Shown in pieces: positions 23,101 through 35,378 of a DNA stretch of 64,000 nt (the stretch's first letter is position 1; each line of letters opens with the position of its first letter). This stretch comes from Ylistrum balloti. Taxonomy: Eukaryota. The notes beneath the pieces were generated by a model that was not told the origin of the DNA, ran no database searches, and was given only the letters and a program-made list of their open reading frames with translations. Position numbers and translations under genes: made by a program. The stretch is from positions 496,001 to 560,000 of the forward strand of contig NW_026781986.1 of the NCBI RefSeq assembly GCF_031769215.1, written 5' to 3'.

Positions 23101-26100
23101 CCATTTTGTTATATCTGATAATTTTCTCAATTGTAATTCATTTGTTGTCTCTTTTCATTTTCCTCAGCCTGAGCGAAAGGATTGGTTTTAATTTTTTTTA
23201 CATATTTTTTTTTCTCCTCGCTGCTCACAATGATGAACTTGGTGTCCAGTCAAGACCAACATGTCGGAAAACCAGACCAATTTGATTATCAACTACCTGC
23301 CCCAAACCCTGACTGATGCCGAATTCCACTCTATGTTTGCCTCCATTGGTAATATAAAATCATGCAAGATTGTCCGTGACAAGGCTACTAACTACAGCTA
23401 TGGTTTTGGTTTTGTCGATTACCAGTCGCCCGAGGATGCTCAGCGTGCCATACAGTCCCTGAATGGCCTTCAGCTCCAAAATAAATACATCAAGGTAGCA
23501 TTAGCAAGACCCGGAGGTGACAGCATCAAGGGAGCTAACTTGTATGTCAGGAACATTCCACGAGATTTTACTGCCGGGGATCTTGAGAGTATTTTCAAAT
23601 GTTATGGTGAAATTATCCAATGTCGTGTTCTAACTGATCAAGATACTGGCAATTCTAAAGGTGTAGGTTTCATACTGTTTAGTCAAAAAGCTTCAGCAGA
23701 TACAGCATTAGCAGAAAAAAATGGTGTTCCACTTCGTGAGGGGGACTTGCCTTTAATGATCAAATATGCAGAGGACAATGCTCAGAAAGTTCGCCCACCA
23801 GTTCAACCAATGTATCCAGCTGGCCCAAGGGGCTTCCCAGGTGGCCCAATGCGCAACATGCAAAATCGTTCGCGTTACAATCCAATGACTGGAGGTGGCT
23901 ACGGAAGTCCAGGTAATGGAATGGAGCCTCATGAAGGATATGTTCTATTTGCGTATAACATAGGGCCGGAGACCAACGAAAAGAATCTATGGGCTCTTTT
24001 CTCGCGCTATGGTGTCGTACAGAAAGTAAATGTTATCTATGACCACCAAAAGGGACTGACAAAAAACTATGGTTTTGTCACCATGGCAAACTATAATGCA
24101 GCTCAGATGGCTGTTAACTGTTTAAATGGCTACAAGTATTACAAGGGGAAGCCACTTTCTGTTTCTTTCAAAAATTGATTCTTAAATCACTTTTTTTTTA
24201 CTTTTATTTTTTTTAATAATGTCTTCATTATTCCATCACATGATCCACATGCAATCCAGCAAATTACATCTCGCATCAGAGTGCTTATGCCTGGGATCTT
24301 TTTTTTCTCTCTCTGTTTTTTTTTTTTTTTCCTTTATTATTTGTCACATAAAATATATACATTAATGTAATGCAGTGACAAAGCCAGTGTGGTACATGTT
24401 AAAGTGTATTTACTTGATGCAACATTGTGAACTCGGTAAAATGTTTCATTCAAAAATGGGTCTAAACAAGGTCAAGAGGTAGAATTGTCTGCTCTTGCTG
24501 CTTTTGTTGCTTGGTGTTAAATGAAAAATTGTTACTAGATCAAGTACTATTTTAAGTTTCAATCATCATTTTGTTTAAAACATTTCTACAATGCGTTATG
24601 TTCATGATGTGTCAAAAGTGATTTTGATGAATAAATTTTAACCTCAAAATCTTTTCGATAATAATGGATTAGATTTTTTTTTTCTGGTTTTTTTGGTTTT
24701 ATACATTACATGTTTAAAAATAAGCAGGACAGGTATTTCAGGTACTAATGTTTTTGAGTATGGCCAGTACCTATGCATTTAGCAAGCCTTTTTGGATCAT
24801 CAACATCACTTTTCTCTGCATTGCTTCCCTTAGTCAGGGATAACTGGTCTGACAATGTGGTGGAAATAGGTTTGACAATTGACTTATATCAAGGGTTTGA
24901 AATAAGAGTTGTCAAAATTAATCAGATAAAGGCCATTCATGCTGAGAAATTCACTTGCACGTATGAATGTATAGAAGACATTATGATAAGGAAAGCAGCA
25001 ATTAATATTTATAAGAAATCACCACTGGAAAGATGCTTCATCATAATTGTTCAAATGCCTGAGCATTTTCAGACGTCCTATGCTGGTCAACAGTTTAGCA
25101 ATTTCCCCAGACAATAGTTGAAATCCTTAAATTATTATTGCACATGATACTGTAAAGATATAATTGTATAGATCTACATATGTAATATGAAAACAAGGAC
25201 AACAGGTTAACATGATTTTTGTTAAAAACATTGTAGATCTTTTCAATGCAGGAATATAGAAAATTGTAAATGGTGGACCACTGACAATAAAAGTGCTATT
25301 GAGTGATATGTACTGTAGATCATCTGTTTATCAGAACACTGAATAATTATGTGATGCTACAATGACCTTTAGGACAGCATAATCATGCGATGCTACAATG
25401 ACCTTTAGGACAGCATAATCATGTGATGCTATGAAAGACTTTATGACAACATAATCATATGATACTATGAATGACCTTTAGGTGTCTGAATCATGTGATG
25501 CTATAAATGACCCTTTAGGATAGCCTAATCATGTGATGCTATAAATGACCTTTAGGATAGCCTAATCATGTGATGCTATAAATGACCTTTAGGATAGCCT
25601 AATCATGTGATGCTATATATGACCTTTAGGTGTCCGAATCATGTGATGCTATAAATGACCTTTAGGATAGCCTAATCATGTGATGCTGTAAATGACCTTT
25701 AGGATACACAGCATTTCCTCAAGTCTTAGTGGAGCATGGGTAAAGGTATAAAACTGATTATAAGTACAACATTTGCAAATTATTCAACTATTCTTCACTT
25801 CCCACAAAAAAAAAAGTTCTCATAAAATAAACATTGGAATCAGCATTAAAGTGTAGTACATCCATGAGTTTAGAGTGATCTTTCCTACAGGTGGAGCTAT
25901 CAGGTTACATACTACAGCAGTACTGCTGCGTTCCCCTCAAGTAGCGATGTTTTTGTTGATCAAAGTTCTACATGGAAGGACATTTTTCATTAATGAAGTG
26001 TGGCCAGATGTATTCATTTGCATAGGGCAAAAGGTTAGGAGGTCATATTAAGGACCATCACATCATCTACAATGTGTTGTTTCATAGACATCTATTATCA

Positions 26101-29100
26101 TTGCCATCTGTCTTGTTTTCAAACAAAGATGATAAAAATATACATTTTTTGCATTGCGTACAACAGTATTGGACTGTTTTTTATATATGGCACTTATAAC
26201 GTCTAAATACTTTATATAACAAATAACTAAGTAAAATGTTACAGTGTAAAGATTGAGCAAGCACTCTGAACTTACTAAATTTTTTACACTGCTTTTATTT
26301 GACAAGTTTCTGATCAGTTGATCGAGAGACTTGAAAAATGATGAATCTGAAAGCTTGTGTTTGGATTTAAAATGGGCTTTCCAAAAAATCAGTAAATTCA
26401 GTCATGCTGTGAATAACAAAGACTATCTCATTGTTTGGTCTTGTGATAGTCAGATGATCACCTTTTGTCAGATTTAGCAACAAAATATACCATGAGAAGT
26501 CAAAAAAACTTTTGTAAGATATAAAAACTTACATCCTTTTAAATTGTAATACAGGCTAGGACATCAGTATTTTCATATTTATATTTGTTATCAATGTAAT
26601 GTGTATTTACATTATTTTCAAATTGTTTACAGCAAGGACAGTTTGATTGTATATGCTACAAACCTCTTACAGGAGCAAACACAGATACTTGTATTTCTGT
26701 TTATGGGAGCCATTTATAGGACTAGAACTTCCAATGAGAATATTTTTGTAGGCTTAATACAAGCAATAATTTAGAATTAAATAATCAAGATTTTCAAGTT
26801 TACGAAAATTAAACTTTCAATTTTTTTTACATAACATGTTAGAATCATTTTGTATTCAAAACCGTCTTTTTTCATTTTGTTGGTTTTTTTTGGGGTTTTC
26901 TTTCCTTTTTTTTCCTTTTTGTTTTTTGTCAAGCTTTTTGGGAAAAAAACTTTACTATTTTAAGACATTTGTTTTCTGTCAATATCTGAATTACAAGATA
27001 ATCCCAAGTTTCTTTCCACCATTAAAAAAATCTTTGTCCAAATCATATTCTGAATACATGTGTTGTCTTTTATCAATGTTTCATTTTTATGCTATTCCAC
27101 TGCAACCAATAGGTCAAACTTTTATCTTTAATTTTCTCACTAGTAAATTGCCAATCACACCAGTTCACTATATAAAAGTTGCGTGCTTGTAATTTACAGT
27201 TAGAGACAGTTTAAGATAACATTGTATGTTGAAGATTGTAACACTGTACATATACTGTGAATGTGAATACTGTAATGCTAGTAGTAGTATGCTGGTCAGA
27301 TCCTGCCAGCCCCAGACAGGGAATGCTGAACACAACCTGTCAGCTTCTGAGAGTGATGCTGGTAACATATCTTGCCAGCTTCAGACAGCGATAATAAGAA
27401 AATGTTTGTTGTTGACTTTGTATTTCTTGTAGAAGTTGAAGAATGTTAATAAAAATGATACAGAAAATCAAATGTGGTCTTTTTAGTTATTAAGTTAATT
27501 TTGTTAGTAAAAAGAAGAAACTTTTTGGTCAGTTGAAAGTCTTACAAGGTGATTTTGTGTCATGTTGATGACATTATATAGTTTTGTAATGCAAGACTGG
27601 CGTGAACTGCGGACCTTAGATTAACTAATATCCACTGTAGATCCACAGTGATTATACACAAATTGTGTAGTTTCAGCCCCAGGCACCTGGAAGTTTTATG
27701 TATGACCTTGAATTTTCATATAATCATGGATAATACCACTCCCTGGACATGCCTCATTTCCTAACCATATCTTATAAAAGCAAAGGGTCATTTCACAAAT
27801 AGATATGTTTAATGACCAGGTTACAATGGCAACCAAAATCTCTTCCTCCCCACCCCTCCCCCCAAAAAAACAACAAAAGAACAATCCAAAACAAACCTGC
27901 ATGTTCATATGGCCCATGATATTTCTGATAGTTTCAATGAGATTGGTTCCCATGTTGAAGTAGAACTGTGGACAAGATCCTTCTAACACATCATTGCAAC
28001 CAAATGGCATCAAATGTCACATGGTTTGGAAAACTGTGCCATTGTAATTACCATTCTTCATATCTTTTTCTAGCATAACTGGACAGTACAGAAATTTCAA
28101 CCAATCAGATGCCTCCATTAAGTTTCCATAGTAATTGTTTTGGAACTCCTTAGGTGTCAAATTAAAGGTTTTTATAAAGGTGTCAAAGTATAGGTTTCAA
28201 TAAGTTTTACTATTTGACAATTTTTTTAATTAAAATTCATTTAAAGACATGGGCTGTGGGATCATTTCATAAAATCCTGTTTCTGTTAACATAATAGCCA
28301 AAATTCATGCTGAAAAATCCACCTGCATAATACATGTGTTCACACATGGTTCCTAACATTCCTGTGTAGTTGCATTCACTAGTTCTTGAGTTCAGGAACT
28401 GTCTTTACGATTTTTTACAGACAGACATATGGACAAGCTGTGTGTTATGTGAGGGGATTGGCTCTACTTTGTGATTCTTGTCATCTATATCCTACTGCCT
28501 AGTTATTCTCATTCAATTGAAATCATCTTTTGATTCATTATTTCCTGACAATTTTTTACCAGTTAGGAAATAAACACTAATATTGACATCAGAGTCATGC
28601 ACTTACTTTTTAAATTTTAATCTTTGTGGTTAATAATGTCACAACACATTATTAACCAGTAAAAACATTTTGAAATCCAAAAGACTTTTCTCTTGGTTCA
28701 CTTCACCTACTTTAATACTTTGGATTTTCTTGTGATGACACTGAACTCATGCCATCAATTCTAGACATTGAAACCAATTGCAAGACTGATAGATAGTTCA
28801 ACTTTCTAAAAGAGCTACATACCATTTGGGATCAGACTGGATTCAAAGGGAGTTGCTCTAAGATTGAACCAGGTCCTACAAGCAGCTATCCTAAAAGATC
28901 TTGTCTGGTCCAAAAAAAAACTACTCTGAAATCCTGCCTGGTTCTAGGTTTTGAAGTTTTATCTATCATGATCTCTTTCTAGACTGGTTCTTAAAATGCT
29001 ACCATGAGATCAGGACTGGCTGATATTACCGTTATGCAACACTTTATGCTTCTAATAGTATTACTCAGTAGTTTAGAAATAATCACTCTATACAATCCTT

Positions 29101-32100
29101 ACCTAAGTTTGGAAAATAATCTGATGAGTCTTCACTGGGGTTGTCGTGGTTACTGGATGGTGATGATGGCTTCAGCATCTCTGCAGTCAGCAGAAATCTG
29201 TTGATTTATTACATGTAAGATATTAGAACATGCGGAATTCAGAAGAAAACCCCAAAAGTGCTCTTTGAAAAAAAAATTGTTGAAAAAATTACCTCTTTTC
29301 AAAGACTACCAAGGTGTGTGCCAGTTGCTGTATAGTTATGTAAATGATTTGGATGAAAAGATTATGATTAATTGATACAATCATGTCACGATCAAGTTTT
29401 CTATGGGTAAAACATTACCATCTTTGTTCATAATAGCTGCTATTCACATGTTTGTTTGGATTTTGCAATGCTGTGATGATCCCTTGTTTGATTCTTTTTC
29501 CCCGGACTTTTGGTTATCAATTATGTAATGCCCTCTGTGATATCCCAATCCCTCAGTCCTGACTTTTAGTTGGAGATATTGTGTTGCCACACTGTAATAT
29601 CCCCCACCCCTCAGGCCTGAATTTGAGTTAGACACAACCTGATGCCCCTCTGTAATATCCCAAACCTATTTCCCTGACTTTGAGTTGGAGATAATGTGTT
29701 GCCCCTCTGTAACATTCCAAACCCTAACTTCAAGTTGGATGTAATGTGTTGCCTCTCTGTAATATCCCAAAATCTTACTTTGAGTTGGAGATTATGTGTT
29801 GCCCCTCTGTAATATCCCTACCCATCACTTTGAGTTTGAGATTATGTGTTACCCCTCTGTAATATCCCAAAATCTGACTTTGAGTTGGAGATTATATATT
29901 TCCCCCTTCCTGGGCTTATTATAAAAATAAATATAAAGTTAAATATGTTTTGTTACCTAAGGAAGCTTGTATCAGTAAACCAATCCTGCACCACCAGAAC
30001 AACATGACACACATTCATCAAGAAGGCAGCTTGCTGCAAGGACTAAAACAAAATTGGAGATCTGATTAATGTCAGGAAAATATTTAAAACAAGATAATCA
30101 ACATCTGATTGTGTAGACTTCAGTTCTTGTTACAAAATCAAACTGCCATCAGAGAGGAGCTTAGATTCATTTGCAGGGTTTGTGCTTGGTATTAACAAAT
30201 GACCCCTTTTTGGATAAAATGGGGTCCTTTTATATTTTTTGAATGGATGTCTTCTAGATAAGTGTCTACAATCCTTTTCAACTTCAATAGGCTATAGGAA
30301 CAGCTTCACCACAAACTCTAAATCTTGGATTTTGGACAAGCACGCGTTGGAATTTTCCTATTTATTTCTACTGGTTCATTTCAGCAATGCAATCTCGAAA
30401 TGATAAAGAGAGGAATGAATTTTCTAAATGGAAAAAACTTCTAATATCTTTTTCAAAAATTCAGTTACAAATCGTATCAGAGGAAATTGCATTGCACATC
30501 ACCTACCTGTATTTCAATGCAGTTTTCTGCTGTACTGTACTCAGAACCAATTTTCTTATCGTGGCGGATCATCCGGTCCAATACCGATGAACTCATCACA
30601 GGCTGTCAAAAAAAAATTAAATAATGTTCAGGTTTTACTTTCAAAGCTGCATAAACACACCTGTATTAATCATGCACAGACTGTCAAACATTCAGTCTAT
30701 ATTCACAGGTCCTCAGCATAGCCCACCAGTCAATATTCAAAGACCCTCAACACAGCCCATCAAATTTTTAAATATATGGTCATTATTCAACTGCCCTCTG
30801 CTCAATACAGCTCATCAATATTAAATGATATAATAAAATTATTTATAATATGCATAAAAAATATTTTGTCAAAAATCTTTGGCTATCAATATGGTCAATC
30901 AAAATGTCAAAAATGTGGTTGTAAATTCTCTCATCACAGGGTTACACAAAACTTTATCAATACTAATGCTATCGCCACATGACAGACACTTGAAACGTAT
31001 TTCAAAATGTCAGACAAACCTGTGTATCAAGAAAGATGACTCGTTCACCAGACACAAACATGTCTACTCCACTGGTCTGGTGCTCACACAGTTCAATGGT
31101 GTCATGGGTCTGGGGTGGAAACAGGAACTGTCTACAAAAGTGTTTTTTTCTTTTTATGTTTTTGAATTTTAAATCAACAATAAAAGTTTCTGTGAACATG
31201 CCATATAGAAAAGAATGCTGAGTTTGAGGGCAATGACACACTCATAAATCTTGTCAAAAGTCACCAGATATTGTACAATTTGAGGATACACATAAGCAGA
31301 TACCTATCATAGATTCATAGATTTAGTAAGCATATGGCAGGATAACTCTTAATAGAGATTCGCATATTGGACAAGCATGTTTTAGAATTAACGTTTCTTG
31401 GAAATATATTGTCTTCTATGAGAATAAACAGAATTTGGATCAAACTTTGATAGATTTGTCCCCAAGAGTTGTTCATCATCAGTGTTTTAACTTACCTGTG
31501 ATTGTCTTCAGGAGAGTTACCGGCCAGCAGCGACAGAGCTGTAGACTTCCCACTGCCTTGAGGTCCAATAACCCCAACCACCAGGAAATCTGTCTGGTCC
31601 ACCAACATCTACAACGGATAAACGTACAATGGAATCTTCTTCTCTGGATAAAACGGAGACATGTACCCCCAGAAATAAAAGTATCAAAATCTGCTTTTCA
31701 AAGTCCTTAACGACATAGATACTGGAAATATTGTCCAGTCTCTTATCACTCTGTGAATCCTGGAAAAAGATCCGGATGCAAACATGCTTATTCTATCTCA
31801 GATTCAGGTGATGGGCTTATTACAGGACCATTAAATAGCAATTCCTTGTAATTTTACTGAATAGTAGTAGATTTGGATTGTATTACCAAGCATCAATTTT
31901 TTTGCTGGATAGATTCTGTATTGATTCAGCATTCATCAACAGGGAACATCTTACCGCACATTGTATCTATCTGGCAAAGATTCCATATCTGATAAAAAAT
32001 TCACTGATATCTACAGCTGTTCAGTAGCATATAGAAAAATACAGTTTCCAAACGGAATATAAAATCATGGGTTGTTCACCTGACTCTAAGTATGGGGTAA

Positions 32101-34393
32101 TATGTTACTTCATTGTGCTTATAGCCAGAAGTCTCACCTCCATTGCCGACTCTTGCCACATCTGAGATTCATCCACCAGTTTTGTACATCTAGTCATCTC
32201 TGGAGGCGGAGCCAGACGGTTCTGACTTGAACCTGTTAAGGGGAAATAACTTCCATACATGGTATTTCACAAGAACACAATTTCCTAGGTCCTTCAGGAT
32301 ATGAATGAAAAGAAGAGTGACATACATTCTAATACATCATACAATTTCCTTAGTTTTAAATGAATATATGAAATAATATCTTTTCAAGCTGCAGACCAAG
32401 ATTGATGAAATACTTCAATATTTTATACAAACGGAACAAGGATTGAAAAATTCACAATCAGAATCCCCCTCTCCCTCTTGAGTAATTTCATTTTTATCCA
32501 AATTATAAGAAAAATGACCACCCTTTCCTTATGATGATCTAGAAACTTAATTACCCCAACATAAAAAAAAAGTTATGGCAGTCCATAAACAGGTCAGCAA
32601 TATCAAAATTTTAAATTTTGATTTAAGTCTGTTTGTTTGTATACAGTGTTTGTAAACACTTTTGTATCCCTTCATATGTTCACTGCATTAAAATTTGAAT
32701 AAAGTGCCTAGCTACTTACTTTCAGATGAAAAGTGTTGGTTACGCTGCACAGTGTGAGTGGGCTGAGGAGGTGGGGTTTCACCTGAGGTCAAAGATGCTG
32801 GAATGCTAGTCAAGTTTCCAGTCGGAGCTGATGGGACATCATCACGATTTCTCAACATCACCATCTTCTCTGGAGTTTTACTTCCGAGTGCCGAGGGTGT
32901 GGCAGGTCCACTGACGCTTGGAGTCACTCCAGCTGTTGTGGAAGTGCTGCCCTTTTATAAAAATAATTCTCGTCATCAAACAAAATCTGCAACTCATTTT
33001 ATGATATAAAATGTAAATATTTTATATATGCTGTATTCAGTTTCCATATTAGGACCATAAACTTGTGCCATGCTCATAAAATTGTATAGAGTGGTAAAAA
33101 TTCTAGATCACTTTGGCCATGGAAACCAATATATGAAATCTTTTCCTTTAAATGTAAGTCAGAACCATGTTGCAACTAAAGTGTATCATAATCAATATGA
33201 TACCAAATTATACCTGTTCTTGAGATGGTTTGGCCAGGATGATGGGGCGTGGCTTCTCAGAAGTTTCATTTCCATACTCCTCCTAAGCCAAATAATGAAA
33301 CAAATGTTGTGATTAAACTTATAAACTTTATTTCTTTTACAACAATTGCAAAAAAAAGTTTTGTCAACTTATACTAGTCACTCTTGTTGGCCCGTTTGTA
33401 AGCGCGCGAGGGGTCTTACTTTGGGAGGAAACTGGAGTACCCGGGGAAAACCTACGTGGTCGGGCAGGTGACCCCTTACCTTTTCACGTCCTTCCAGGAA
33501 TCGAACCCCGGTCAGCTAGGTGAAAGGCGAGTGCGTTACCACTGCACCACCCGACCACCAAAATGTTGTGTTTAGGCCTAGTGTCTTTCAAAATCCAGAA
33601 ATAATAACTAAGTTACTTCAATCAGTTATTGTTCTAATTTGTCATTGACTTTTAATTACTTTTTCAGTGGTGTCACCCTTAAGCTTGAATTGTTTTGAAG
33701 AACAACTAAACAGTTGCTGGTATGAACATTTTTCCTCAGCCTTGGGGTAACCATACACCAATTTCTGAGTGCACAAGATTGCCATAAATGGTCAATAATG
33801 CATCTACATGTATATGCAACAGGACAGGTAAAAAAATAATCACGTTGAGTGCCTCAGCAGGAATTAAACGCAGGTCGTAATACACTGTAATTATATGTAC
33901 CTGTAAAAACTGAGTAAGGGGCAAGAATAACAATTTTATCACTATGAGTAAGTGACATTGGCTCACTCCTTTTACGTGTACAAGCCTTAACTGTATTTAA
34001 TGAAGTCAAATCAATTCATATAACTTTAGGTTTTTGTTACCCACTTCAGTTTTCTTTTTGTATTGTTCTTTTAATTATGAAGAATTAAGCCTTTTAATGT
34101 GTCTGAAATTGGGGGCTAAGATATGAAGTCTCGCTCCTTCATAGAAAACAATGGCAAGTATGTGACGATTTAGTGACTGTGGGAAAGCAATATCACGGAA
34201 AGTACGCAACAAGCTCTAAACCGATACTGAGAATCGAATCAAGGACTACAAAACCGGTGTCTGTGATTTTAAACACCGTTTGATCCACTTGACTGAAAAC
34301 AACCTTCCGTTGTCTTTCGGGTCCACCTCCTCTACCTCCCCTGCGTGGCCTCCGCCGCATCCCCCGACCATCCCTGTCGCTTTGAGAAGACAT
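17145..34393 (-). CDS. SMG9: Nonsense-mediated mRNA decay factor SMG9 (13 coding exons, about 474 aa)
   Basis: Exons 34393-34304, 33282-33214, 32951-32720, 32232-32138, 31608-31496, 31131-31020, 30602-30507, 30042-29957, 29197-29103, 19858-19751, 18665-18549, 18195-18063 and 17223-17145 are phase-consistent. P-loop LVVGVIGPQGSGKST, FLDTQP, AAFLMNVCHVVLVVQDWFTD and C-terminal LTHTTLSEKNWFHYAARTWDAVKKS..AEYNRLL all match SMG9. The exon-1 donor (AAG|GTTGTT) is weak and least certain. Confidence 0.96.
22061..22119 (+). promoter_or_regulatory. Putative promoter and non-coding first exon of the ELAV-family gene
   Basis: TATAAT (22061), CRE palindrome TGACGTCA (22068-22075), Inr-like CCAGTC and YY1-like CGCCATATTT, then donor GAG|GTAAAA (22119/22120). 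Matching acceptor CTTTTCATTTTCCTCAG at 23167. Confidence 0.55.
23261..24178 (+). CDS. elav: ELAV/Hu-Sxl family RNA-binding protein, three RRMs, intronless CDS, nested antisense in an SMG9 intron
   Basis: RRM1 TNLIINYLPQ..YSYGFGFVDY; linker ARPGGDSIKGANLYVRN; RRM2 KGVGFILF; hinge RYNPM; RRM3 LFAYNIG..LWALF..YGFVTM..SVSFKN. The exact paralogue (for example lophotrochozoan Elav2) cannot be fixed without a tree. Confidence 0.93.
   Translation: MSENQTNLIINYLPQTLTDAEFHSMFASIGNIKSCKIVRDKATNYSYGFGFVDYQSPEDAQRAIQSLNGLQLQNKYIKVALARPGGDSIKGANLYVRNIPRDFTAGDLESIFKCYGEIIQCRVLTDQDTGNSKGVGFILFSQKASADTALAEKNGVPLREGDLPLMIKYAEDNAQKVRPPVQPMYPAGPRGFPGGPMRNMQNRSRYNPMTGGGYGSPGNGMEPHEGYVLFAYNIGPETNEKNLWALFSRYGVVQKVNVIYDHQKGLTKNYGFVTMANYNAAQMAVNCLNGYKYYKGKPLSVSFKN
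25344..25706. repeat. 36-38-bp minisatellite, about 10 units
   Basis: Unit AATCATGTGATGCTATAAATGACCTTTAGGATAGCCT. Confidence 0.92.
29505..29898. repeat. ~50-bp minisatellite, about 7 units, in an SMG9 intron
   Basis: Unit TGCCCCTCTGTAATATCCCAAAATCTGACTTTGAGTTGGAGATTATGTGT. Confidence 0.88.
33365..33559 (-). mobile_element. tRNA-derived SINE with V-domain-like core, in SMG9 intron 1
   Basis: Head GGTCGGGTGGTGCAGTGGTAACGCACTCGCCTTTCACCTAGCTGACCGGGGTTCGATTCC carries A and B boxes and a Glu-like TTC anticodon loop. It is followed by GGTTTTCCCCGGGTACTCCAGTTTCCTCCCA, resembling the V-SINE central domain. There is no tRNA acceptor stem. Confidence 0.75.
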
Positions 34394-35378
34394 TTTTATC
34401 TGTCAATTTCTAGATCCTCACTACTGAGTGTGTTGTCGTTTGATGAAATTGAAGTTTTTACCTCCAAATTGGAGAACGCCTAAATCTAGAACATTTCAAA
34501 ATATTATTGTTTTCTTTTATGATAAATTAAGTTTATTTTATTAATAATCCTGTTTATATTATCAATAAATTTGTAATTAAAAATTAGTCAAACCTACAGA
34601 ACTGTTCTCTCTGATTTTGTATGTTTCTTATATAAAATATTGCACAATTAAACTTATGTTTTGAGATCACCCCAAAGTTCGAACTCTTTTATGAAGTGAG
34701 GCGAAGAAGTGATACGACGGTAAACACACTGACTGCTGATTAACATTTTTATTCGTACGATTCGTGTTTTTGTGCTTAAGATAACCAGCCAACACGCTCC
34801 AAGAGTAAATGCATATCCAGTACACGACCGAATGATATTTTAAAGGTTAAAATTTCCGTTCAAGGAGCATGTGAATGTTGCTCAGTGCAAGCCGGGTCTA
34901 GACGCTCTGGAGACACGATAAGTTGATGATGTCATGATCATGCCACGATTTTCGCATAAGGGTATACTTTTTAGTAAAATCTCGGCATTCTGATACAGAA
35001 ATTTTGATAGTTTAAAGCATTTGTTTCCAATTAATGCGATAACACTGGTGACTTTTTTATACAATATGCAAGTATTTTCATCTCAAATGAGATTTTTAAT
35101 TGAATTTTATTGATGTAAACGAAATTTGATAAATAAAAAACAAGTTATTTTCATTTCATGTTTAGACGACAGCGCAATTTGGAAGTATACCGGACAACGC
35201 CAGCTCTGGAGTGGAGAAATGATTTAGGCAGTCACAAAGATGAAAAGATCAAATTTCAGATAAATTTGCAGTTATTTGAAAAGCAAAGGATGCCTTTGTA
35301 ATGAAGCAAAAATAATTTTCAGAAAATTGTGAATGTGGTTTTAGAAATAACCCTGTAAGTGAGGAACATGGGACGACG

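Noticed and set aside
24773-25117. 114-aa plus-strand ORF after the ELAV-like gene
   Set aside because: No recognisable motif or splice context; it lies in probable 3'UTR sequence.
33490-33559. tRNA-Glu gene
   Set aside because: The acceptor stem does not close, and the sequence continues into a SINE core.
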